From the NCBI GenBank assembly GCA_030390025.1, contig CM059425.1, positions 51,894,001 through 51,958,000 on the forward strand: DNA of 64,000 nucleotides, read 5' to 3'. The position numbers and the translations under genes were made by a program. How positions within the stretch are numbered: the stretch's first letter is position 1; the number at the start of each line of letters is the position of its first letter. The stretch is from Squalus acanthias (lineage: Eukaryota). Positions 26,733-38,597 of the stretch are shown here, in pieces. Under the pieces are notes generated by a model. That model was not told the DNA's origin and did not search any database. It saw only the letters and a program-made list of their open reading frames with translations.

Positions 26733-29284
26733 TAACTGCACCGTCTCACTGTACGGTGATGGTAACTGCACCGTCTCACTGTACGGTGATGGTAACTGCA
26801 CCGTCTCACTGTACGGTGATGGTAACTGCACCGTCTCACTGTACGGTGATGGTAACTGCACCGTCTCACTGTACGGTGATGGTAACTGCACCTCCTCACT
26901 GTACGGTGATGGTAACTGCACCTCCTCACTGTACGGTGATGGTAACTGCACCTCCTCACTGTACGGTGATGGTAACTGCACCTCCTCACTGTACGGTGAT
27001 GGTAACTGCACCTCCTCACTGTACGGTGATGGTAACTGCACCTCCTCACTGTACGGTGATGGTAACTGCACCTCCTCACTGTACGGTGATGGTAACTGCA
27101 CCTCCTCACTGTACGGTGATGGTAACTGCACCTCCTCACTGTACGGTGATGGTAACTGCACCTCCTCACTGTACGGTGATGGTAACTGCACCTCCTCACT
27201 GTACGGTGATGGTAACTGCACCTCCTCACTGTACGGTGATGGTAACTGCACCTCCTCACTGTACGGTGATGGTAACTGCACCTCCTCACTGTACGGTGAT
27301 GGTAACTGCACCTCCTCACTGTACGGTGATGGTAACTGCACCTCCTCACTGTACGGTGATGGTAACTGCACCTCCTCACTGTACGGTGATGGTAACTGCA
27401 CCTCCTCACTGTACGGTGATGGTAACTGCACCTCCTCACTGTACGGTGATGGTAACTGCACCTCCTCACTGTACGGTGATGGTAACTGCACCTCCTCACT
27501 GTACGGTGATGGTAACTGCACCTCCTCACTGTACGGTGATGGTAACTGCACCTCCTCACTGTACGGTGATGGTAACTGCACCTCCTCACTGTACGGTGAT
27601 GGTAACTGCACCTCCTCACTGTACGGTGATGGTAACTGCACCTCCTCACTGTACGGTGATGGTAACTGCACCTCCTCACTGTACGGTGATGGTAACTGCA
27701 CCTCCTCACTGTACGGTGATGGTAACTGCACCTCCTCACTGTACGGTGATGGTAACTGCACCTCCTCACTGTACGGTGATGGTAACTGCACCTCCTCACT
27801 GTACGGTGATGGTAACTGCACCTCCTCACTGTACGGTGATGGTAACTGCACCTCCTCACTGTACGGTGATGGTAACTGCACCTCCTCACTGTACGGTGAT
27901 GGTAACTGCACCTCCTCACTGTACGGTGATGGTAACTGCACCTCCTCACTGTACGGTGATGGTAACTGCACCTCCTCACTGTACGGTGATGGTAACTGCA
28001 CCTCCTCACTGTACGGTGATGGTAACTGCACCTCCTCACTGTACGGTGATGGTAACTGCACCTCCTCACTGTACGGTGATGGTAACTGCACCTCCTCACT
28101 GTACGGTGATGGTAACTGCACCTCCTCACTGTACGGTGATGGTAACTGCACCTCCTCACTGTACGGTGATGGTAACTGCACCTCCTCACTGTACGGTGAT
28201 GGTAACTGCACCTCCTCACTGTACGGTGATGGTAACTGCACCTCCTCACTGTACGGTGATGGTAACTGCACCTCCTCACTGTACGGTGATGGTAACTGCA
28301 CCTCCTCACTGTACGGTGATGGTAACTGCACCTCCTCACTGTACGGTGATGGTAACTGCACCTCCTCACTGTACGGTGATGGTAACTGCACCTCCTCACT
28401 GTACGGTGATGGTAACTGCACCTCCTCACTGTACGGTGATGGTAACTGCACCTCCTCACTGTACGGTGATGGTAACTGCACCTCCTCACTGTACGGTGAT
28501 GGTAACTGCACCTCCTCACTGTACGGTGATGGTAACTGCACCTCCTCACTGTACGGTGATGGTAACTGCACCTCCTCACTGTACGGTGATGGTAACTGCA
28601 CCTCCTCACTGTACGGTGATGGTAACTGCACCTCCTCACTGTACGGTGATGGTAACTGCACCTCCTCACTGTACGGTGATGGTAACTGCACCTCCTCACT
28701 GTACGGTGATGGTAACTGCACCTCCTCACTGTACGGTGATGGTAACTGCACCTCCTCACTGTACGGTGATGGTAACTGCACCTCCTCACTGTACGGTGAT
28801 GGTAACTGCACCTCCTCACTGTACGGTGATGGTAACTGCACCTCCTCACTGTACGGTGATGGTAACTGCACCTCCTCACTGTACGGTGATGGTAACTGCA
28901 CCTCCTCACTGTACGGTGATGGTAACTGCACCTCCTCACTGTACGGTGATGGTAACTGCACCTCCTCACTGTACGGTGATGGTAACTGCACCTCCTCACT
29001 GTACGGTGATGGTAACTGCACCTCCTCACTGTACGGTGATGGTAACTGCACCTCCTCACTGTACGGTGATGGTAACTGCACCTCCTCACTGTACGGTGAT
29101 GGTAACTGCACCTCCTCACTGTACGGTGATGGTAACTGCACCGTCTCACTGTACGGTGATGGTAACTGCACCTCCTCACTGTACGGTGATGGTAACTGCA
29201 CCTCCTCACTGTACGGTGATGGTAACTGCACCTCCTCACTGTACGGTGATGGTAACTGCACCTTCTCACTGTACGGTGATGGTA
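26733..29284. repeat. Minisatellite, ~85 copies of the 30-bp unit GGTAACTGCACCTCCTCACTGTACGGTGAT
   Basis: Directly visible. Variant CCGTCTC in the first five units and at 29141, and variant CCTTCTC at 29261. Confidence 0.99.
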
Positions 29285-29457
29285 CATCCCCTCTCAATTT
29301 TATACAGACAATAAGAATTCCCTCCAGCTGACAAATTTCTTTTTGCCCATGGAAGCAACCTGAAAAGTTTTGATTGATCTCCCTTTCACTTTGCCCTGTA
29401 TGAATAATTTTACTACTGTTTGAATTTATCTTTCCACAGTCGAAGGAAGGAAGAACA

Positions 29458-30240
29458 AACTTGCATTTATGTAGTGCCTTTCATGACCTCAGGATGTTCC
29501 AAAGCATTTAATTAAGTACTTTTGAAGTGTAGTCACTGTTATAATGTAGGAAATGTGGCAGCCATTTTGTGCACAACAAGGTCCCACAAACAGCAATGAG
29601 ATAATGACCAGATAATCTGTTTTAACCACCATCACTAAATATTGAGAAGTCGCACAACACCAGGTTATAGTCCAACAGTTTTATTTAAAATTACGAGCTT
29701 TCAGAGCTGCTGCCCCTTCATCAGGTAGAGGTACAGTGAGGGAATCTATTACACAGTATATATACACAGAGAGCAATTTGTCTGCAGAGATACAATATGT
29801 TAGGAAGGCATTACATCAAAGATACCTCAGAGTACAGCTAAGACAATGAGGTGGGTCACAGGGGGTCCAACGTGTCAAAGGTTGCCGTCTGCAGTTGAGC
29901 TTTTAACTTTTTTTTTTTGTTTATTTTTGGGGGTTTTTTGGTTGGTTTTTTTTTTCACTAAATCACTAAATATTCACTTTATTCACTAAATATTGGCCAT
30001 GCAATGGGGAGAACTCCCCTACACTTCTGCGAAATAGTGTCATCGGATCTTTTCCGTCCACCTGAGAGGGCAGGTTTAACGTCTCATCTGAAAGACAACA
30101 TCTCCGACAGTGCAGCACTCCCTCAGTACTGGACTAAAGTGCCAGCCTAGATTATGCGTTCAAGTCTCTGGAGTGGGCCTTGAACCCACAACCTTCTGAC
30201 TCAGAGACGAGATTGATACCACAGAGCCAAGGCTAACACC
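29458..30240 (-). mobile_element. Deu-domain SINE interrupted by a Penelope pLTR fragment
   Basis: Tail at 29458, Deu core at 29990-30130 and a tRNA-like head (B-box ggttcaag on -) at ~30180-30240. Confidence 0.82.
29644..29961 (-). mobile_element. Penelope-like pLTR fragment with hammerhead core
   Basis: Minus strand reads CTGATGA-stem-GAAAGCTC at 29695-29724. Extended homology with 10053-10270 (aagacaatgag...gggggtccaacgtgtcaa). Flanked by duplicated atcactaaatatt. Confidence 0.75.
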
Positions 30241-31961
30241 CCAACATTAATAGGATTATCACTGCTCAGGTAGTACTTTTGAATATTCCCCATTATTAAC
30301 CTCACCAACATCAATTCTGACCTGGTGTAAGATTTTCACTTTTCATCTCAAGCAGCTGGAGAACATTACACAAGTTCCTCATATGTAACAAGCAGAATTT
30401 TGTTTTTATCTAAAGTTTTCACTAATATTCGTTAATCTTGGGAGGCATATGAATCCTCAGATCATCACTTAACATGGTTGAATAGCCCATTGATATTTAC
30501 TCCACTATCCTTTACTCACATCAAACATTTTCTTAAAATTGTCAGTCAAAAATATGGCCCTGAAAGAGGTCAAGCCTCTTGTGTAACATTTTAACAAATG
30601 TCCAAAGTAATGTTAATCTCAAAATTGTCCAGTTATAAAATCCCAATAGTTTTCTGAGGCGTGTGAGTAAAACAGTATTGCTTATGTATGATGTCACCAA
30701 ATCATTTCCTGAAAAGAGGAATCGGAAAACTAATGTGAAGCTGCTAGGTCAGAAAAACTGATCAGCATAGATGTTGTGAGCGCTAATATCCATAAAAGTC
30801 AAATAGATTTTCAGAATGCAAACATTTGCAGATTTGCAAAAAGCAGTCTCATCAGGCTACCTCTCACCCTTCATTTCTCTTCCCATTTCTATTTATCTTT
30901 TTCCATTTTATTCCACCTCTGTTCAGGTTCCCAAAACTTTCCAGTGTATCTGCGATCAGCTTTTATGAAGCAGCGGTAGTCAAATTCCTGTAAAAAATGA
31001 AAGATAAAACACCTTTGCCTACAAATAACATTACAATGGCGGACTACAAATTGATATGGATTTTGGAACGAAAACTTGAACTGAATAAACTAAATTCAAT
31101 TTACATAATGGCTCCTCATAATCCAATTCCTCCATCAACTCAATCATTCTCGTTTCTCTCTTCTGTTTCCTCTCAATAGCGGCAATATCCATTTAGTACT
31201 GCGGCAACCAGAATTGTACGCAGCATTCTAAATGCGGTCGCACCAATGATTTATATCATGGCAGGATTACCTCACTATTTCGGCTCAATATTGATCAATT
31301 AAAACATCCCAACATCTGACTTGCTTTACTCACTGCCACCGAGCATTGTTGCAATAGCTTCAATTTATTGTCAACCAAGACCCCCTGAAATCTTTCATTT
31401 TCCATGCACGTTATTTTCTTTCCATTTAACTAATAGTCCCTTCCTGGATTTTTGGTCCCCATGTGAACAGTTTAAAACTCCTTTCAGCAGAAAAGGCTTT
31501 GAGTGCTGTTGTAACATTCTCAGAAGATTAAGCAAATTGTTTCCTCTGCAAAATAATGTTTTTGTTCCCTACTCTTGCATTAGGATTTTCTATGTGAATT
31601 ACAGGAAACAAATAGCATTTATTCTATTCCTCTACCAGTTTTCCTCTCTGAATTATACGAACCTCCAAAGAAATTTATCAACTGTGATTAATACAACTCA
31701 AAGTCAACAACATTAATTAGTGAGTTAATCCTTCAAGGACTTCAGTAACTTTTTGGAACAATTTAAAAAATGATGCAGATTACAATTTTCCATTTCCTGT
31801 AGAGTATACTGTAAATAGACTGGCTTGTTTGTTCCTAATACATTCAGTATATTATTGGAGGCACTTTACCTGTCTATTCTCCCCTTGTATAGATCAGTCA
31901 CATCTGTCAGGTGACCTTTTGATGTTTTCAGAGCAGACAAACCATTGAGGAAAAAGAGACA

Positions 31962-34860
31962 GGCCTAGAAACTCTATTGCACCATAATGGTTTTTCAGGC
32001 GGTAAACGTGCGCCTAAGGGTCCAATATGACGGGCGATGCACACTCGGCAGGAGTGTGTTACCCATCATATTGGGTCAGGCTGCTCGAAGGCATCTGGGG
32101 TGCCCGCTGGAACAATTGAGGATGCTCATGTAGGTTACTTGCTAGTTTGTCCTTTTAGGCTGCTAGTTATCTTCTGGGTCTTTTGTTGGCCATTTTCTCC
32201 ATTGCACAAGTGAATTCTGGCTTCTGGGAATAACTTTCTGCTGATGCTGGACTGCTTTGGAAAGTTTATTCTAGTAATGGGTGATCCGATCGCTCTGCCT
32301 TTGGGGCTAGTGGAGGAGGCAGAGCAGTGAAGAAAGCAGAAGAGAGCAGGAGCAGGTGGGGGAAGAGGGAGGAGGAGGGCCCTGCACATGAGCGGGTCTT
32401 CAAAGAGCACTTCCCATACCTCAACCTCACGAGAAGCACTGTATGAGGTGTCTGCACTTCACCGAGAAGGGTGGCACCGAGCTGTCACCTGCTGTAGCCA
32501 CAACTGGAGCCGAAACCAGGACACAGACATGGATATCGAGGTCGCCATGGGGTTGTTCCAGACTGCAGCAGGTGACATCACAAAATCTCGCAGTTTGCTG
32601 TTCACTGTTGTATCAGGGAACTGACCGAGGTTGTTTACACCAGAAGGAATACATACATCACATTCCCAATGGACAGAGTGAAGCAGGACAAGAGAGCTCT
32701 AGGTTTCACCCGCATCGCAGGCTTCCACAGTGTCCAATGTGCCATAGACTGCACCCACACTGCCGAGCGTGCTCATCAGCAGCCTGACATCTTTCTCAAT
32801 AACAAAGTATATCACTCCCTGAATGTGCAGCTTGTTTGCTACCACAAATAGCACATCATGCAGGGCTATGCCCAATTTCTTGCCAGCAGTGATCAGTGAT
32901 GATTCATTCATCTTGCGCCAGTCCTCTGCCACCTTCATTTCAACCATAAGCAGGCCAATGGCAACAAGGGATATCCCCTCTGGTGGGAACTGTAATGGAA
33001 GCTGTCACCACTGCCAAAGGAAATAGTTTCTCCTTACTTGCTCTATCAAAACCCCTCATAATTTTGAATACCTCTATGAGGTCTCCCCTTAACCTTCTCT
33101 GCTCTAAGGAGAACAATCCCAGCTTCTCCAATCTCTCCATATAACTGAACTCCCTCATCCCTGCTATCATTCTGGTAAACCTCCTCTGTACCCTTTCCAG
33201 GGTCTTGATATTCGTCCTAAATGTGTGGTGCCCAGAATTGCATACAATACTCCAGCTGAGGCTTGTATTCAATGCCCCTATTTACAAAGCCCATATGATT
33301 TCTTAACCACCTTATCAATTTTTCCTGCCATCTTCAAAGGCCCCTCTGTTCTTGCACACACAAGATAGTATCATTTAGATTTTTCTGCCTCTCCATGTTG
33401 TTTCTCCTAAAGTGCATCACTTCATAGTTATCCGCATTAAATTGCATCACCAATCTGTCTATGACCTCCTCAAGTCTGCTACTACAAAGCTCACTATTTA
33501 CTACATTGTCAAGCTTTGTATCGCCCGCAAACTTCAAAATTGTACTCCCTGTACCCAAGTCCAGGTCATTTATATACAACAAGAAAAGCAATGGTCCTAA
33601 TACTGACCCCTGTGGGACTCCACTGCATACTTCTCCAGTCAAAAAAATATCCGTTCACCACTACTCTCTGTCACCTATCCCTTAGCCAATTACGTACCCA
33701 AGTTACCACACCCCTTTAATACCATGTGCTTCTCTTTTCCAAATAAGTCTATTATGAGGTATTATATCAAATGCCTTTTGAAAGTCCATATATACACAAC
33801 ATCTACTGCACCACCTTCATCAACCCTCTCTGTTACTTCAAAGAACTCAATCAGGTTAGTTAGACAAGATTTGCCTTTAACCAATCTGTGCTGGCTGTCC
33901 CTTATTAACTGATGCTTTTCCATGTGAGAATTAATTTTGTCCTCAACAATTGTTTCTAGTATTTTTCTCATCACTGGTGTTACTGATTGGCCTGTAGATA
34001 CCAGGTTTATCCCTCTCCCCTTTTTTGAACAGGGGTGTAACATTTGCAATCCTCCAGTCCTCTGGCACCACTCCAATATCCAAGGAGGTTTGAAAGATTG
34101 TGGTCAGAGCTTCTGCTATCCCCATCCTAGCTTCCCTCAGCAACCTAGGATACATCCCATCTGGGTGGGGTGACTTGTTGACTGAGTGATGCCAACCTAT
34201 TTAGCACTTCCTATCTATTTATATCCTATCCAATATCTCTACTTCACCCTCCTCTACTCTGACATTAACTTCATCCTCTTCTTTTGTGAAGACAGATGCA
34301 AAGTATTCACTCAGTACTTCAGTCATACCCTCAAGAAGATTTCGTAGTTAGTGACAACCTTGTGAGCTGTTTTAGGAATGTGCCTGTCATGGTAGAATAA
34401 TGCAGATGTTGTGTGCAAGATATGAGGTGTGGGGAAATGAGGGTTGAAGTGGTGCTGAGCATAGGAGGTGCAGAGTGTGCGAGTAGGAGAAGCAGGTTAC
34501 ATGAAGTGTGGTGCAGTGTTTAAAAGGAGTTAAGGGAAGAGGGGGGGGGGGGCGGGAGGATTGAGAGTAGTGGGGCTGCAGGTGTGAGGAGAAAGTAGTT
34601 GAGCTGAGAGTGCCAATTCTTACCTTGTCAACTCTGCGGAGGTTGTTGAACTTTTTCCAGCATTACAGCCATGTGCTGGGAGCTAATCTCATCACAATGA
34701 CCTCCTCAGCCACTGCTTCCTATTGGCGACAGAGATGTTGCTGGAGGGCTTTCTGCTTGGGTGGGGGTGGAGAAACATGATCTTCCTCCTCCTGGACCAG
34801 GGCCTCCAAAGCAGCAGAGAACCTGAGGGCCTGATCTACAGGTCTTGCAGCCATTTTTCT
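31962..34860 (+). mobile_element. PIF/Harbinger DNA transposon 3 (heavily decayed)
   Basis: Left end ggcctagaaact. Transposase relic at ~32270-32990 (RIAGFHSVQCAIDCTH, YHSLNVQLVC). Myb/SANT exon on - at 34854-34624 (MAARPVDQALRFSAALEALVQ...CWKKFNNLRRVDK|GTAAG). Confidence 0.8.
33010..34335 (-). mobile_element. CR1 LINE fragment nested in Harbinger 3
   Basis: ORFs contain VPEDWRIANVTPLFKKG, KGKSCLTNLIEFF, GVPQGSVLGPLLFLLYINDL and LERVQRRFTRMI. Confidence 0.9.
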
Positions 34861-36075
34861 ATTCTGAACTTCAATGCAATTGTAAGGTTATAACTTTGAA
34901 GTGAAAATACACAGCAACTCTCAAACCCAGAAATATCCATTTGGAGAATATAAAGTATACATCTTCTAGAATATGCATTTTGGCAGCAATATATATGCAG
35001 CTTAAATATATGCACTATGTCATAAAACGGATTTGTTTCTGGAACTATCCTTCAGAGATCCTTCTCGGATTCTGATTAAGGTGTAAAGCCCATTATTGTC
35101 AGCTAATATGAGGCAGTACAATCCAAGCTTTTATGCCAATGCAGACCTACTCAGTAACCCTATTAAAATCAATATTGGTGCTTACACTGGCCACACTGAA
35201 ACCAGGATGATGTAAATAGTAGCACTGGTAAAATATAGATTTGATTTTTTAATTAACTATTCTAAATTTTTGCAGTAACCTTCAATCATGAAACTAAAGG
35301 TTTTCTATAACTTGGTGCCCCATTTGAAGACAATGGAATTACAAACAGTCCAAAATGTTATGTCTAAATAAGTTATAGTATTTCCAAGCTGGTGTTCACA
35401 GAGCTCCTGGGGCATGAATGAAACTAGATCCTGTCTATGTTGAAAATGATCAAGAAATTAATTTTTAATCATTTTTGTTTACCTTTTGTTGAAATATTTT
35501 TGTGCCCATGAAGGCAAGGGATGTCAAGGCAATAAACTAAATATTTTTCAACACTTGCTATCTGCATCAACGCTAACGCTCCTGAGGGTAGGAACATAAA
35601 GCTCCTTCTGCTCTGCCTTAATCTTTCTTAACAACTCACTCCAAAAGAGCACTTCCCACACCAAGCATCCTCATGGCCTTTCATCCCAATACCCTTGATA
35701 GATTTGAATCTGGGTCCTAAAAGGTAAAAGGACAATACATTAATTCACGAGGCTTCCAAATGCCCTTGAAATTGTATAGATTAAAAAATACCAAACAAGA
35801 AAGAAGTTTAGTAAAGTTTGCTGGCTGTCATATCCCTCCCCTTCTTGTACAATTATCAACCTCCCGGATTTTGCAGTCAGCTGCAAAGGAACAGTGCTCA
35901 CAGTTCATTACGCTTACAGCTACCCACAGACTTTGTGGGCTTTTGTGTGGCAACTTACAGTAATTAAAGATTCATTTCAGTGCGGCACCCTCTACAGGGG
36001 ATCTTGGGCGTATGTGAACAGGGCCAGCAACAGCATGTCTCCTCAACCAGTTTGAAGAATTCTCTCAGACACGCA

Positions 36076-36682
36076 GGGCTGAATTTTAACAGCCAAAAAT
36101 GGGTGGGTTGGGTCAGATGTTAAAATTTTAAAAATCTGAAACCCAACCTCTTCCGGGTTTAACGGAGGTGGGACAAGGGGCAGGGGTGGGGGGGGGGTCG
36201 CAATTCAAATATTTTAATGAGGCTGGCAGCTTGTGATTTAACCTGCTCTGCAGGTTTTATAGTGGCCGGCTGGGTTTCCCAGGCCTCAGGAAACCTGGCA
36301 GCTGAAGGGAGGTGAGGACAGCTTCAGGGAAAAGGTACGTGCCTTTATAGCACTCTGTGAGCCAGGAGGAGCAGGAGTGCTTCCTCCCGGCCCCCAAAGC
36401 TCCCGCTTCCCATCAGGAATCCTCCATGCAAAGATGCCCGGGATCGGACACCCCTGGGGTCGGGGATTGAACCCCCCCCGGATCTGATGGTCCCCACCAC
36501 CCCCCCCACCCCCAAGGTTGTGGATTGGACCTACCTGCTCAGGAGTTCTCCCTACCCAACTGGAAGCCAAGCCTATCAAGCAGACTTCCAGGCGGGGAAC
36601 TTATCAAGTACAAAAGACGCACGCTTCCCCGTCTGAAACTCCGCCCCCCACCTACGTAACCCGCCCCGTTAATATCCAGGTC
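36076..36682. mobile_element. Harbinger-like MITE
   Basis: TIR-like ends gggctgaattttaac / gttaatatccaggtc, with a GC-rich interior. Confidence 0.6.
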
Positions 36683-36699
36683 ACAGAGTCTAAACCAGG

Positions 36700-37205
36700 A
36701 AGTATAAATTAGAATACTTAATTCAATCTAAAACCATAGAGAGGGAAAGAAAGATGTGATTGAGAGAGAAATAAGAGACAGAAAAAGTAAAAAAACATTT
36801 TTAATTTGGTTTAAATTGCCAACAATAATTAAAATCTGAAGGAAAGAGACTCCACACTTATAAAAGTAAATTTTCAGTGCTAGAGAGGTTGTTTGGCAGT
36901 AATTAAGACTTATCACACCGTTAAAAATTCACTTACATGAGCCCTAACCTTTTCTGGCGCGTTTAGTGGGTATCTAGTGTGTAAGTGCAGCAACATCACG
37001 CTCTTCGTGTGTTTTAATGCAGAGTCTCTCGGCGAGGTACCGGTGCAGCGAAGCTTGTGGGGGAGCAGGGCAAGTCGGACAGTAACTTCCGGATTTCTGC
37101 GTTTAATTACGCGTTTGGGGACGCCGGAAGTTGCTGTCCGATTTACTCCATAATAATGGTGAGCGCCGATAGCCCCACCGTTATCCTTACCGCAAAATCC
37201 AGGCC
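36700..37205. mobile_element. MITE family B relative, inverted partial copy
   Basis: Ends ccgcaaaatccaggcc and resembles the reverse complement of the 12853 element. Confidence 0.6.
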
Positions 37206-38383
37206 TAAATTTATAGCATAGAAGGTAACCATTTAGTCATCTTGTCTGTGCAGGTTCTTTGTTAGAGCAAAGAATCCAAAATGAATCCCACAGCCCGGCT
37301 CTCTCCCCATATCCCTGTATCTTCCTTTGCTTCTCCCAGTCGAATAGCCTTCCAACGCTCAGTGAAAGTTCACTTATGATTAATGAATAATGCGGTAATA
37401 AAAAAGTTCAACTGACAGTCACTAGAGTTCTTTAATTAGATAACATTACATCAGGAATTTACCAAAAAATACATGGAACACCTAAAGGCCAAGAAGTAGA
37501 TGTCAGAAAAATCTGCTTTAAGATTTAATATTTTGATTGTGGAATGATGAAACCTATTTAATAACTGATAGCAAAAAAAATCTAAAGTCTACATAGAACA
37601 TTTAGATAATAAAGTGGCATATGATCCAACTTCCATTTAGAAAATCAATGTATAATTATGTATAGCAAATTATTACAAAGTACAGTAGCTGTTTATAATT
37701 AAACTGGAGGGGACAATCAAGGAATGTCAGTATTTTGAATACATTATAGAATTGTGGAATTGACACCCAGGCACCAAAAAATGGAATATGCACCAGACCA
37801 AACTGATACTAAGTATCTGCTGAGAGATTTAGATGTATCTAAATGAGGTACATTTTTTTCTAGCACTTCCTGTATTGTCCTATTGTCAATGAAATCTAAA
37901 TATATTCATAGTCTAAAATTCCTTTCATTAAACAATTTATTTAAACATTAATTCAGATACATACACACCATTTTAGAAAATGCTTACTGGGTCCTTCTTT
38001 AACAACTGCGACAACCATTAAATTTTACATTTCACATTGAAGTTCTAATTACAAGAAGTTTAGATATATCAGAGAATGTCCTATTTCACTTCAATTTCTT
38101 GTTTCCACATGCTTAAAATAACAAAGGCTACAGCCAATTCTAAAATAACTGGTAGCAGATATATCTTGGGTTTGAGATTAACAGTTAAAATTTTACATTT
38201 TAAATGCTCAAAAGCCAACCAACAGTACACCTGCTATAGTAGTTAAAAACAATCCACTCAACAGCTATTTACCCATTGTGACAATTTTTGGATTAAACAT
38301 TAGCAGAGATTTCAAAGAGAAATTTCAATTAGGAACTTATTTTTGTTTAAAAATGTGCTAAGAAACTGACTGTAGTTATCAAA

Positions 38384-38597
38384 AATGAGAAGTCGCACAA
38401 CACCAGGTTATAGTCCAACAGTTTTATTTGAAATTACGAGCTTTCGGAGCTCTGCTCCTTCTTCAGGTGACTGTACCTGAAGAAGGAGCAGAGTTCCGAA
38501 AGCTCGTAATTTCAGATAAAGCTGTTGGACTATAACCTGGTGTTGTGCGACTTCTCATTTTTGTCCACCCCAGTCCAACACCGGCATCTCCGCATCA
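38384..38597. mobile_element. Palindromic Penelope-derived mini-insertion with two hammerhead cores
   Basis: ~88-bp inverted arms (38381-38468 / 38475-38562) followed by a ~35-bp tail. 13-bp TSD tgtagttatcaaa at 38371-38383 and 38598-38610. Confidence 0.88.

Noticed and set aside
26733-29284. CRISPR array
   Set aside because: The 30-bp units are head-to-tail with no unique spacers, there are no cas genes, and the context is vertebrate.
26697-29314. 850-aa repeat proteins in three frames (including a superficial likeness of SPYSEEVQLP to the Pol II CTD)
   Set aside because: The ORFs begin and end with the array, show no synonymous variation and have no flanking domain. They are explained by a stop-free 30-bp unit.
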